IMG/VR virus record: IMGVR_UViG_3300045988_011936
Location: 1-32,000 of that record
DNA: 32,000 nt
DNA from: a virus
Strand: one strand, 5' to 3'
Within the stretch, counting starts at the first letter, position 1; each line of letters opens with the position of its first letter. A program made the translations under genes and the position numbers. Under the pieces are notes generated by a model. It was not told the DNA's origin. It was given only the letters and a program-made list of their open reading frames with translations, and did no database searches. Positions 6,601 to 15,378 of the stretch are shown here, piece after piece.

Positions 6601-8576
6601 GCCTGAACTGTCAACGAGCTCTCAGCCTTGTTTAAACGTCCAGAAACAGTGTTGACATCCTCTTTGCTAGCCTTGGCAGAAATCTGCCCTGCTTGCTGTG
6701 TCAAAACCGTCTCAGCATTAGACACGCGCTGACTGACTTTGTCAACATCTTGCTTGCTAGCTACTGAAATCAAGGCGTTGTTGATTTTGGCAAACTGTAC
6801 AGACGTGTCGTTTGACAATGTGCCAATAGAACCTTTTAGAGCTTCAACTTTCTTTTCAGTTTCTGATAAGTCCGTGTTTAGCGTACTTTTAGCATTATCG
6901 ACCAGTTTGACAGCTTCTGAAAGTGCGTCTTTTTTAGATGCAGCAATCTTCTTCTCTGTCTCTGCACGCTCGACGGTGTCCAAATAACGTGCTTCTGCGA
7001 TAGCTTCACTCTTGACGTCGTTTAGATGGCTAAAAGCGTCCTCTGCGGTTGATTTAGCCAAAGCTGCTAATGTTTCCGCATTAGTAGCTTTGGCTGTGAT
7101 TTCAGCAACCACTCTGTCGTGGTCTGATTGCTGTTTAGCCATGTCAGCTGCGACTTTCTCAAACTCTTTCTTGATTTTGTCTTGAAGCCCCGTACCGTCC
7201 CACGTTCTCAATACCTCTTGCCACATTTCACCAGTCCAGCGATACATGATAGTGTGTCCCTCATGTTCTGGGTCTGGTTTGTACCAAGAATCATTGATTA
7301 GGACTTGTCCGGGGTGAGATTCTGTTGGATCAGTGCTTGTGTACCAATTATGGTTAAACCCATTAGCTGATGGGATAAACTCTGGCAGTTTCTTGACAAA
7401 CTCAGTAAACTCACCAGCTTTAAACTCATCAATAGCTTTGTTGACGGTACTCTGTACCTTTGCGTCATTGCTTTCGCTAACTCGATCTCCCAGCTTGATG
7501 TCGCTAGACTCATTGTTTAAGCGGTTAAATGTGATTTCAAAGATACGTGTATCATAATCAAGATGTCTGTCATGGCGAACAACTCGGATAGTGTCCCCGA
7601 TTTGAACACCCTTGAGATATACCGTTGACGTTTTAAGTGTCAGCTTGGGTCTGGAAGCCTCAATCAAAGCCTCGTAAGTCTGTTTAATAAGCTCGTTCTT
7701 GTCTTCTTCCTCACTAAATTCGACAAAGCCAATCTTTGGGCGCATCTTGCCGTCTGGTTGTTTAATGCCGTATTTAGCGGTCATTTCGGGGATTTCAAGA
7801 TACTTCTGACCAAGTGGCTTGTCTAGTGGGTCCCCTTTGGCTTTCGACCAGACAATTTCCTCGAAGTTGATTTTACGACCATAACCATCGGCATCTTTGC
7901 CGGTGTCTTCTGCTGAGCTAACTTGTTCCCCCTTACCTCGACCAACTAAGGCGGTGTATAGGTTTGTTTTTTCAACCTCTTGCAGAATTTCGAGGGCGTT
8001 ATGACCGTAGACAACACGCTTACCGACTGCTTCACCTATTTTACGCTTGAAATCAATGTATCTAGCGCCAATCTGACTGTCATTCATTTCAACAAAGAAC
8101 TGCATTTCTAAGCCCCACACCTTACACACTTTTTTTAGTGCGTCGAATGTGGAAATGTAATAGAAATTAGTGCTCTTGGGGTTTGTTTCGGCAACGAACC
8201 GAGGAGACCAGTTTGTGCCAGTTAAAAGCCATTCGATGACTGGTCTGGCACGTTGGTCTTGTGGTCGTCTGTCGTAAACAACCGTCTTGCGTAGCTCTTC
8301 GATACCGGATTGGACACCGATAAGCGTTGTGATATCCCCTTTGGTATTGCCTTGGGCAATGTAGAAGTAATGGAATTTATGAGTATCGTCGATTGACTGA
8401 ATAGCCATGTATTCCAGTTTTGCCAGCTCGTCATCCTTCAAGGCTTTCATTTCGACGGTCAAGCGGTCTGAAATGTAGTTTTCAGTGGTTAGGCTGAATT
8501 TTTGCAAAGCCTTCTTAATTGCAGGTTTGCGAACAATCTTGATAAGTTTTTCGTCCTTATCGAATAAATAGATCAT
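3612..8576 (-). CDS. Tail-associated protein (Tal) fused to a fibre / receptor-binding protein, 1654 aa
   Basis: ATGA overlap with the Dit gene. The N-terminal region of about 380 aa resembles the prophage tail endopeptidase (Tal) family. It is followed by coiled-coil repeat arrays, two lectin-like beta modules that each open with NLIL(K/N)SA, and a C-terminal fibre domain. Confidence 0.85.
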   Translation of the reverse strand: MIYLFDKDEKLIKIVRKPAIKKALQKFSLTTENYISDRLTVEMKALKDDELAKLEYMAIQSIDDTHKFHYFYIAQGNTKGDITTLIGVQSGIEELRKTVVYDRRPQDQRARPVIEWLLTGTNWSPRFVAETNPKSTNFYYISTFDALKKVCKVWGLEMQFFVEMNDSQIGARYIDFKRKIGEAVGKRVVYGHNALEILQEVEKTNLYTALVGRGKGEQVSSAEDTGKDADGYGRKINFEEIVWSKAKGDPLDKPLGQKYLEIPEMTAKYGIKQPDGKMRPKIGFVEFSEEEDKNELIKQTYEALIEASRPKLTLKTSTVYLKGVQIGDTIRVVRHDRHLDYDTRIFEITFNRLNNESSDIKLGDRVSESNDAKVQSTVNKAIDEFKAGEFTEFVKKLPEFIPSANGFNHNWYTSTDPTESHPGQVLINDSWYKPDPEHEGHTIMYRWTGEMWQEVLRTWDGTGLQDKIKKEFEKVAADMAKQQSDHDRVVAEITAKATNAETLAALAKSTAEDAFSHLNDVKSEAIAEARYLDTVERAETEKKIAASKKDALSEAVKLVDNAKSTLNTDLSETEKKVEALKGSIGTLSNDTSVQFAKINNALISVASKQDVDKVSQRVSNAETVLTQQAGQISAKASKEDVNTVSGRLNKAESSLTVQAGQISQKANKQDVDTLTGRVDRAETSITQQADMIASKANKQELDNVNNRVLNAESRITQQANEISQRVKTSDFNNATQRLATAESSITQLGNKITTEISRVDSKIPTDFGSRNLILKSADFENLHRQPSGSNATTDSQTYIIDSQNYPNDVYAGISWDMAVTKIESGETFSLLVPIYIDSSIDIDFGAKIMIKNHKSNDHLFVYDIPTGVKDEWFDVKLTFTTSKSVELGEWPFYISVVRNGYLKIKPPMLVRGALIPLQHTVAPEDTEAEISTVKTTITQTEQGVSQLSQKQSETDSRMTSAETKVDQLVGEMSSKVSKTDFDKLSKSVAANSTAITQTDSKISLKADRTEVQTAKATADSAVSKGQELERKINQTNAELHVTADSIAQKVSRVDFDILGNKVTNAETQISTLAGQIETKLSRADLDSAMDSKGFATATAVTNLIKQSEQGTTQLISEVKRQIPSVDTLSVGGENLILNSAFPENLDNWGYNANLSISNHGFYYNSARPLFLLKNTRTTEVTIPTQRFPVKRNTTYSLNLQTFASGNITGVDVFFLGRKSNETNRTYTKAVGLKYHNGSPSTTGMVKWHFTFNTGDCDEGYVRIDNNGTNDGRESLLFFTELDCYEGTLDRAWQPSPKDINKEVTVKFNEIKSTVDSFSRTIGEQGQSISRVVQTANGLVTTVKGLEGLANFNNDSISGLASRFNTETYAIKTEMSQIAGSWAVKNLTRSGDVLNQINLNKDGSVKIDGKLVQITGSTYIEDGVISSAKIGELSASKITSGRLNASLVDVVNLNASSVTSGTFTGLNYRGGKIEGLNGSMRVDLNQSEIHFYDNATIEFHNKDNALVRRKGPHTAFVHFNDTPPDEDQNTGSLFAAIGVTSSGDGVNSASSGRFAGLRVYRAARGLEHNAVFDQAELYGDRILLKDDFHINRGFSFHPASLPDGRWINVTNLAFAAAALARVWQHFLNVGGNGKDPAFINALKNEQATFGKIDHW
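6300..6760 (-). repeat. In-frame tandem 90-nt (30-aa) repeats inside the Tal/fibre gene
   Basis: About 5 copies of K(Q/E)DV(D/N)T(L/V)(T/S)GR(V/L)(D/N)(R/K)AE(T/S)S(I/L)T(Q/V)QA(G/D)(Q/M)I(S/A)xKA(N/S). Confidence 0.6.
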
Positions 8577-9364
8577 AGACTTTCATCCCTCCACTGAACT
8601 TCACGAATAGTCACATTCTTTCCGGTCAATCTATCGCCGTCCTTAACGTAGAACTGCTCAAGCGGGCTAAAACGTTGCAATTCACTTAGAATATTACGTC
8701 CGTCATAAGTAGCTGTCACTTCTTCGGTACCGAATTTAATGACGATTTCCTTATTAGCCGCATAGCTACCCTTAAACGATAGCTTGGTTTGACCGTTGAT
8801 GATTTCAAATTCTGTCGCCGCTGCCGATGTCACGGCTACAATCTTCTCAGGTATCACTTTCTTAGCGTAAGTTAGATAAACAACGTCGTTAGAACGCTCT
8901 GGAACTCGTTTCTTATAGCCGTCTGGCACTAGCAGAACAAAACTGCTAATGACTGACAGCCTATCTTCCTCTACTTCGTCCGCTTCTTTAAAAATGGCGT
9001 AGTAAGTAAAATCCGGCTCATCGTCAAAAGTTACTTCGAGATAGCCGCTAGGGCCTACCTCTCTCAAGATGCGGTTAAGTTCTCGGAAAGATGTTCTCAT
9101 GACTTGGCTAGTGACCGTAGTTAACTGGTATTTAACCTCAATCTCACGCTCTGAGTCATTGACGCTGTCCACCCAGACACCACGGCGCCCGGGAACTCTA
9201 GTAGTTGAAATCTCACGGTTAAGCAACGAGCGGCCCTTAACTGTAAGCTGTCGATATCCTTGGATGGTATCCTCTATAGGCGTCCCGTTGATACGCATGT
9301 TATCAACTGGCGCTCTTTGCAGCACCGTTGATTCCGTGCGCTTCAATGAAGCATAATCATACAT
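8573..9364 (-). CDS. Distal tail protein (Dit, Sipho_tail family)
   Basis: 263 aa, lying between the TMP and Tal genes, which is the canonical siphovirus position. Confidence 0.8.
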   Translation of the reverse strand: MYDYASLKRTESTVLQRAPVDNMRINGTPIEDTIQGYRQLTVKGRSLLNREISTTRVPGRRGVWVDSVNDSEREIEVKYQLTTVTSQVMRTSFRELNRILREVGPSGYLEVTFDDEPDFTYYAIFKEADEVEEDRLSVISSFVLLVPDGYKKRVPERSNDVVYLTYAKKVIPEKIVAVTSAAATEFEIINGQTKLSFKGSYAANKEIVIKFGTEEVTATYDGRNILSELQRFSPLEQFYVKDGDRLTGKNVTIREVQWRDESL

Positions 9365-9386
9365 TAGCTAAAACCTCTTTTCTCTC

Positions 9387-12300
9387 TTAATAGTTATCAA
9401 GCATTAATTCCATTGATTGAGCGTTAGTGATGTCCTCAGTAAATGCTCTGTAAGTTGTATCACCCATTTTAAGCACGATGTCCGCTGCTTGTTGAGTAAC
9501 CGACATCTTACCGCCGTTAAATGAAACAGATGGATCATACCCTGCTAATCGACCTAACTGGCCGTCCATATTACCAAGCTCATCAGTGATAGCCCCGTTG
9601 ATATCTTGACCAGTGAATGCGTCGATAGCTCCTTGGGCCATATAGCGCATTGAACGGGCTACTTGGTCCGCTTTGCTATCAATACCAATGATGAAACCTT
9701 TGTCCGTATAGATACCGAACTGACGGAATACACGGGATGGTGATTTGATACCAAGCAAGGCTTTAGCTCCATTAATCGCATTACTTACCGCACCTTTAAC
9801 CGCTGAAATCAGCTTGCCGGCTGCGGATGTAACCCCGCTAACGAAACCGCTAATAAGGTTAGCACCGACGCTTGCAGCTTGCCCGACGAATCCACGGGCT
9901 GCACTAAGAGCACCGCTGAACGCTGAGCGGACCGCTGAAATGATACGCTGACCGGCACTTGATACCGCTGATACCACGGCACTAAATCCGCTAGTGATAG
10001 CTGACTGAATAGAGCTCATGGCACTTGATACTGCTGATCTAACAGTGCTCCAAGCTGAGCTGATAATGCTCTGAACAGAGTTCATGGCACTTGAAATGAT
10101 TGACTGGATAGCTGACCATGTACTTGATACAGTGCTAGCAATCGCACTCAATACGCTGCTGATAAGCGACAAGATGGCGTTCCAAATCGCACTGATAGTG
10201 GCTTGAATAGCTGACATAATTGACGAAATAGCCGCCTGAACCTGCGAGAAGTTACCAGTAACCAATCCGACAATAGCAGCTAATACACCAGCTAAAACAG
10301 CTTGGATACCCGTCCAGATAGCGTTCCAAATCGCTTGGATAGCTGACAAGGTGCTTGAAATAATGCTTGAGATACCGGTCATGATAGGTGACAGAATAGA
10401 CATGATTGTGTTCCAAACGGTTGAGAACACTGTCTGGATAACTGTCCATGCTGCTGACCAAATGGATTGAATCACGGCAATCCCGGCACTAATCACACCG
10501 CTAATGGCAGTCATAGCTCCGCCAGCGATTTGTTGAAGTAATGCCCAAAGTGCTTGGAATGGAACAGCTAACAACGCCCACGCTGCATCCCAAATCGCAC
10601 GGATGAAATCTATCCCCGCTTGGATAATCGGACCAATAGCATTGATACCGGTTGAAACAAGCGACTTGATACCTTCCCACACAGTAGACAAGATGGTTTT
10701 GAACGTTTCCCACGCTCCAGACCAGTCGCCTTGTAAAATCTGCATGCCCATCTTGATGATGTTGAGAATAACTTCAATGACTGTTGAAATGACCGTTGTG
10801 ATCATTTGCCAGCTCGTTGAGAACAGCGTAATCAACAAATTCAATCCAGTTTGAACGACTGGAAGAATAGCGTTCATGACATTCTCAATCATGCTCTTGA
10901 ACATGTTCCAGTAAGTCGTCGCCGTCTGCATAATCAAGGCGTGGTTTTCGTTCCAGAATGACGTTAACTGGCCCCAGATTGACATGACAAACGACACAAT
11001 GGCTTGAACAGCGCTAGTGATTGCACTCTTGATAGTTTCCCAGATTGCAATGACTTGTGAACGGAAATTCTCGTTATGATTCCACAAATCAACAAGCGCA
11101 GCTACTACCATCCCAACCGCTAACGCAATCCCAGCGAACGCAGCAAGGGCAGCAGCAGAAACACCACTGGCAGCACTACCAAATGAAACCATCATGGCTT
11201 CGCCACCTTCAAAAGCCATTGAAAAGCCTTCTGCTGCTGCGGTACCACTTGAGAAGAACCCAGCAAGCGAGCTGATAGCACCACCAATTGTGCTTAGTGC
11301 AGAAACGACATTCCCAACCCAAATGATTAAGGTCCCAAGCACTGTGATAATAGGCCCCGCTGCTCCAACGATAAGCGCTGCCCATTTAACCCAGCCGTCC
11401 ACTGGCAGATTGTCCCAGATAGTCCCTAGAACACGAACCACATTGTCTTTAAACGTGATGATAGTCTGCTTCATGTTTTCCATAAGCTGCTTGATATTAG
11501 CTTCGTTGTTACCAAGGCCGGCCACTAAGTTCTCAGCGGCTGCTTTCATGGAATTAAACGAACCCGAAACGGTTGTACTTGCTTCTTTAGCAGTCGTTCC
11601 GGTAACTCCCAATCTATCTTGAGTAATACCGATGGCATCAATCAAGGTATGAAATGGAATATCACGGATATTGTCAGCCGTAGCTTCAAATTCACCATTC
11701 AAGACACCAGATTCATTGACCAAACGAGCCATTTCGGACATGGTACCACCATAACCAAGTTTCAGATTGTCCAGCATTGAATAGTTGTCCTTGGCAAAAC
11801 CTTGATAAGCGTTTTGAATGTCCGTCATGTTAGTACCGAACTTGTTCGCATTATCTGACATTTGGACAAGGGCTTTATCCCCGTATTTCGCAGCCTTGGC
11901 AGTATCACCGCCTAGCCCTTGTAACAAGGTAGCTGAGAACGACGTCACCTGCTCCATATAGCGGTTAGCAGACACACCAGCTGTCCTATAGGCTCGGTTG
12001 GCATTCTCAATGACGTTGGTGCCCTCACGGTCCATTGTGTTATAGAGCTCTTGGGCTTGCTGTCTGGTCATGCCGTAGTCTCTGGCAAGGGCATTGACAC
12101 TTGAACCATTCTGTTTGAATAGCGTAGAAACACCACCCAAAGATTGCTCAAGGTCTGCATAGCCTTTGATGACGGCAGTTAACCCACCGACCATCGGCAA
12201 TGTGAAAGCCGTGGTCATTCCAGCGCCGACTGATTGCATGGCGCTACCAACTGACTTTAAACTGCTACCAACTTGAGCAAGCATGCCCCCAGACTGATTT

Positions 12301-12398
12301 TTTAAATCAGCAAGGGCAGACTTAGCAGCATTGACACCGTTGGTGAAGTCGCTTGAATTGGCACGAAGTATGGCGGTGACGTCAAAAGATGCTCCCAT
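9387..12398 (-). CDS. Tape measure protein (1003 aa)
   Basis: Size and position fit. It has central hydrophobic segments and long Ser/Ala/Ile-rich periodic repeats (SAIQSIISSAMNSVQSIISSAWSTV...). The C-terminal SPSRVF motif region is typical of TMPs. Confidence 0.9.
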   Translation of the reverse strand: MGASFDVTAILRANSSDFTNGVNAAKSALADLKNQSGGMLAQVGSSLKSVGSAMQSVGAGMTTAFTLPMVGGLTAVIKGYADLEQSLGGVSTLFKQNGSSVNALARDYGMTRQQAQELYNTMDREGTNVIENANRAYRTAGVSANRYMEQVTSFSATLLQGLGGDTAKAAKYGDKALVQMSDNANKFGTNMTDIQNAYQGFAKDNYSMLDNLKLGYGGTMSEMARLVNESGVLNGEFEATADNIRDIPFHTLIDAIGITQDRLGVTGTTAKEASTTVSGSFNSMKAAAENLVAGLGNNEANIKQLMENMKQTIITFKDNVVRVLGTIWDNLPVDGWVKWAALIVGAAGPIITVLGTLIIWVGNVVSALSTIGGAISSLAGFFSSGTAAAEGFSMAFEGGEAMMVSFGSAASGVSAAALAAFAGIALAVGMVVAALVDLWNHNENFRSQVIAIWETIKSAITSAVQAIVSFVMSIWGQLTSFWNENHALIMQTATTYWNMFKSMIENVMNAILPVVQTGLNLLITLFSTSWQMITTVISTVIEVILNIIKMGMQILQGDWSGAWETFKTILSTVWEGIKSLVSTGINAIGPIIQAGIDFIRAIWDAAWALLAVPFQALWALLQQIAGGAMTAISGVISAGIAVIQSIWSAAWTVIQTVFSTVWNTIMSILSPIMTGISSIISSTLSAIQAIWNAIWTGIQAVLAGVLAAIVGLVTGNFSQVQAAISSIMSAIQATISAIWNAILSLISSVLSAIASTVSSTWSAIQSIISSAMNSVQSIISSAWSTVRSAVSSAMSSIQSAITSGFSAVVSAVSSAGQRIISAVRSAFSGALSAARGFVGQAASVGANLISGFVSGVTSAAGKLISAVKGAVSNAINGAKALLGIKSPSRVFRQFGIYTDKGFIIGIDSKADQVARSMRYMAQGAIDAFTGQDINGAITDELGNMDGQLGRLAGYDPSVSFNGGKMSVTQQAADIVLKMGDTTYRAFTEDITNAQSMELMLDNY

Positions 12399-12733
12399 TA
12401 ACTACCCCCTTTCGTTTTTTGATTGATGATCCTATTCTTATCAGCTAACGAAAGCGCTCGACTTCTAGGCACAGTGTCCTCTGGTTTAAATATCTTACTG
12501 AATTCTTTTTCATGATCATAAAACTCATTAAAGGTTCGGTAAGCTGAACGAACACTTTTGCCCTTGCCTTTGGTAGCTTGCACGGTCTGGTTATACCATG
12601 CTTGAATAGCTGCGTTAAAGCGGATGTCCTCTTGTTTAATAGCGTAGGCGGTATTATATACCTCAAATTCAACAAGCGTTGTCCTAGCAGCTTCGACATA
12701 GCTCATGCCGTGCCTTGCAATCAAGAGGGCCAT
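12398..12733 (-). CDS. gpT-like part of the tail assembly chaperone, probably expressed as a -1 frameshift extension of the upstream gene
   Basis: This frame stays open upstream through the stop of the 12775-13116 ORF, back to about 12826, and sits at -1 relative to that ORF. TAATG overlap with the TMP start. Confidence 0.55.
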   Translation of the reverse strand: MALLIARHGMSYVEAARTTLVEFEVYNTAYAIKQEDIRFNAAIQAWYNQTVQATKGKGKSVRSAYRTFNEFYDHEKEFSKIFKPEDTVPRSRALSLADKNRIINQKTKGGS

Positions 12734-12774
12734 TGCGTCGTCATAGCTGAAATCATAATCTGGTTGACTTTGCC

Positions 12775-13116
12775 CTACTCTTGAACGTTCATTGCGAGTT
12801 TGAGTAGGGATGACGCTTTTAACTCGTCAATAATAGAGCCGATTGTCTCTTTGTATTTACCTTTGTCAATCAAATCAGCAAGATAGGCTTCGATGTCAGC
12901 GTCACTTGGCTTTTGTGGCGATGTAATCGTACCAGCTTTGATGATGTCCACGAATGCAAGAGGGTCGTTGATAGCGACACCGGCTGAAATCAATGTCATA
13001 GCACCGTAACCAGTCTTCATGCCCTCAAGTTCTGCTGAGTGCAATTTGTTGATTTCACGCAAGAACGCAAGTCCGAATTTCAATTCAAAGTCTCGTCCGT
13101 TGATAGATAGAATCAT
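12775..13116 (-). CDS. Tail assembly chaperone (gpG-like)
   Basis: 113 aa, acidic, lying between the major tail and TMP genes. Confidence 0.65.
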   Translation of the reverse strand: MILSINGRDFELKFGLAFLREINKLHSAELEGMKTGYGAMTLISAGVAINDPLAFVDIIKAGTITSPQKPSDADIEAYLADLIDKGKYKETIGSIIDELKASSLLKLAMNVQE

Positions 13117-13136
13117 GTTTTATTTCTCCTTTATAC

Positions 13137-13165
13137 AAAAAAAAGCAAGGGCACAAAGCCCCTGC
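13137..13165 (-). terminator. Rho-independent terminator / attenuator after the major tail gene
   Basis: Minus strand GCAGGGGC-TTTGT-GCCCTTGC followed by a T run of 8 or more. Confidence 0.65.
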
Positions 13166-13172
13166 AATTAGA

Positions 13173-13715
13173 CTAGATAGATGCCGTTAGGCCGTCTTCT
13201 TTAGCAAGGGTGTGATAGTCGTACTGAGCGCTTGCAACTGCTTTCTTCTGAGCTTCTGTCAAGCTGTCAGTTGAAATAATACCGTTGCCGTCAATAGCCA
13301 TTTCGTAAGAAAGCTCCACTTTGTCGTCAGCGGGTGCTGAAATTTCAAAGTTCTTAAGATAGCCTTGGTAATATTCAACATCAAAGACTTCTTTAGATCC
13401 AGACATGCGTTTAGAAGCAAGGTCAACTTGCCAGCACTCTACTTTGTCACCTGCGATGAACCATTTACGCATTTCACGCCACATTTCCGTAGTAGTGCCA
13501 TCTTCACGATATGCAAGTGATACGAATTCCCCAGACACTTCACCGTCTGAAATTGAGTTAACCACACCGTCTTTAGTTTTGGTAGTTTCGACCTCTTTCT
13601 CAGCGTTGATAGTGTGTTCTGTTTGGAAACGTACTTTAGCAGCATCTTGTGTCTTTTGGTCTTTGACACGACGGAAGAAGACCATTAGGTCTTTACCCAA
13701 AATAAGTTCTGCCAT
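13173..13715 (-). CDS. Major tail protein
   Basis: 180 aa at the canonical position, followed by a terminator and the chaperone pair. Confidence 0.75.
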   Translation of the reverse strand: MAELILGKDLMVFFRRVKDQKTQDAAKVRFQTEHTINAEKEVETTKTKDGVVNSISDGEVSGEFVSLAYREDGTTTEMWREMRKWFIAGDKVECWQVDLASKRMSGSKEVFDVEYYQGYLKNFEISAPADDKVELSYEMAIDGNGIISTDSLTEAQKKAVASAQYDYHTLAKEDGLTASI

Positions 13716-14096
13716 TTATTCCTCCTTTTTGGTATATGAAAATGAAAAATCCAGCACAATGTGGATCAATGGCTGGACGTCTGTATTATCCGGTAAGACT
13801 TGCTTGTCTGTACCAGTTTTCAATAAGTTGTATTCAAACCCTTTAATTCGTTCGCTGGCTTGTTCTAACGCTTGACAGTGGGCATCTAGCTCTGCACGTT
13901 GCACTCTAAGTCCGTAGATATGGACGGTTTGTCTTATCGTTCCAAAATTGTCGTTATTGAGCGTAGGTGCTGAGCTATTCTCGCCAATGAAAGCGAAAGG
14001 ATAGCTTGCGGATGAATCGGGTAAATAGTCGTAAGTTGCTAGCGTCTCACTAGCAATAGCAAATAGATTTCTGAATAAGTCGTGGCTAGGTGTCAT
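13716..14096 (-). CDS. Tail completion / tail terminator-like protein
   Basis: 126 aa. Assigned by synteny between the gp10-like and major tail genes. Confidence 0.5.
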   Translation of the reverse strand: MTPSHDLFRNLFAIASETLATYDYLPDSSASYPFAFIGENSSAPTLNNDNFGTIRQTVHIYGLRVQRAELDAHCQALEQASERIKGFEYNLLKTGTDKQVLPDNTDVQPLIHIVLDFSFSYTKKEE

Positions 14097-14446
14097 TTAA
14101 AGGCTCCTTCCATAACTTTACGGATTTGGTCTGTGAAATAAGGCTCGATTTCTGTCATCATGGGGCGCATGAATGGTGTCCCCGGCTGATAACGTGTGCC
14201 GTACTCTTGATACCCGCTATATGAGGCGGCAGCGTGAATATGATATTCCTCGACTTTTGGAAGACCGGTGATTTCACTCTTCAAAAAGCCGGTATCTACT
14301 GGGGCTTTACTCTGAGCAATGTTAGTACCCTTCTCCCCGGCATTTTTTAGGACATTGTTAGCTTGGGTTTTTATTTTTTGGCTTGCATTTCCTAATGCGG
14401 CAGCAAGCTCCAAATCCCCACGCCATTCAATTGAAAAGTTAGCCAT
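14093..14446 (-). CDS. HK97 gp10-family head-tail joining protein
   Basis: 117 aa with a KAPVDTGFLKSEI motif typical of the family. Overlapping start/stop codons with its neighbours. Confidence 0.7.
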   Translation of the reverse strand: MANFSIEWRGDLELAAALGNASQKIKTQANNVLKNAGEKGTNIAQSKAPVDTGFLKSEITGLPKVEEYHIHAAASYSGYQEYGTRYQPGTPFMRPMMTEIEPYFTDQIRKVMEGAFK

Positions 14447-14747
14447 TTAGCTCACCTCTTTTCAATCTGATTGCGCCCTTAATCGGTGCGTCAATGCGTT
14501 CGATAGGGTAATATTTCTTGCCCTCGTATAGAGCGTAGTCGAATGGCTTCTGCTCTTGACTAAATCGGCATATCATGACCACGTCTGACCTACTCCCATA
14601 GGCTTCAAAGACACGTTGTTGATCAATGAAGTTAACCAAACAAGGCACAATCTTACTAGACTGTGCCTTTTCTTCGTGTTTATCAGTTATCGGGTTGTAA
14701 GTCGAAACGCCTTGATTCACTAACTTGATGCGGTGCGGTGTTTTCAT
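14439..14747 (-). CDS. Head closure / head-tail adaptor protein
   Basis: 102 aa, assigned by synteny. Confidence 0.6.
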   Translation of the reverse strand: MKTPHRIKLVNQGVSTYNPITDKHEEKAQSSKIVPCLVNFIDQQRVFEAYGSRSDVVMICRFSQEQKPFDYALYEGKKYYPIERIDAPIKGAIRLKRGELNG

Positions 14748-15091
14748 AGGAACTTCACCTTACCTTTTCGAGCCAGCGAACCGTCCAGACCGAAATCTTT
14801 ATCCAAAATCTTTCTGTAAGGTTTGAACATATCGTCCCAATCCTCGTAAGTGACTGAATAGCCGTCTACGTTCTCGATTTTAACACCCTCTGAGCCCTTA
14901 CGACCATAGAGCTTGTAAACAACATTTTCGATGATGAAGTGATATTTCTTGTCAATCTCGGCTGTTCCAACTAGTGCTTTGAAATAGCTCTCAGCGTCGT
15001 TGACTAAGTCTTCAATCAATTTATCCTCAAGTTTGTCTTCAACGTCGATACCCAACCGACGCTTAATCTTCTCAAGTTGGATATCGTTCAT
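14744..15091 (-). CDS. Head-tail connector (gp6-like)
   Basis: 115 aa, acidic, immediately after the capsid module. Confidence 0.65.
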   Translation of the reverse strand: MNDIQLEKIKRRLGIDVEDKLEDKLIEDLVNDAESYFKALVGTAEIDKKYHFIIENVVYKLYGRKGSEGVKIENVDGYSVTYEDWDDMFKPYRKILDKDFGLDGSLARKGKVKFL

Positions 15092-15092
15092 T

Positions 15093-15365
15093 TTAAACCT
15101 CCTCCGCAGCCTTTAGAAGTTCTTCTAAATCTGCTTTTTTCGCTTTGGCATCATACTCGATGCCAGCTTCATCAAGTTTTGCTTTGAGCTCTTTGACTGT
15201 AAGCTCTTTTGACGGCTCGACTGGTTCGATACCACCTTTTTCAAGAACCTCTGCCACGCGCTCTTTAGTAGGCTCATAGCCTTCTCGTGGGTAAGTTTCC
15301 CCGACTTGATAGATATACTCGTTATCTTGCAAGTCACGGAATGTAATCTTAGCTTTATAGGTCAT
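15093..15365 (-). CDS. HeH/SAP (Rho_N-like) domain protein in the head module
   Basis: The C-terminal LTVKELKAKLDEAGIEYDAKAKKADLEELL matches the helix-extension-helix motif. Confidence 0.6.
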   Translation of the reverse strand: MTYKAKITFRDLQDNEYIYQVGETYPREGYEPTKERVAEVLEKGGIEPVEPSKELTVKELKAKLDEAGIEYDAKAKKADLEELLKAAEEV

Positions 15366-15378
15366 TTAAACCTCCTGA

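Noticed and set aside
3612-8576. A diversity-generating retroelement targeting the fibre C-terminus.
   Set aside because: There is no reverse transcriptase gene and no template-repeat/variable-repeat pair anywhere in the window.
9745-11622. Multiple plus- and minus-strand alternative-frame ORFs inside the tape measure gene.
   Set aside because: They are generated by the repetitive Ser/Ala/Ile codon composition of the TMP. There are no independent start signals.
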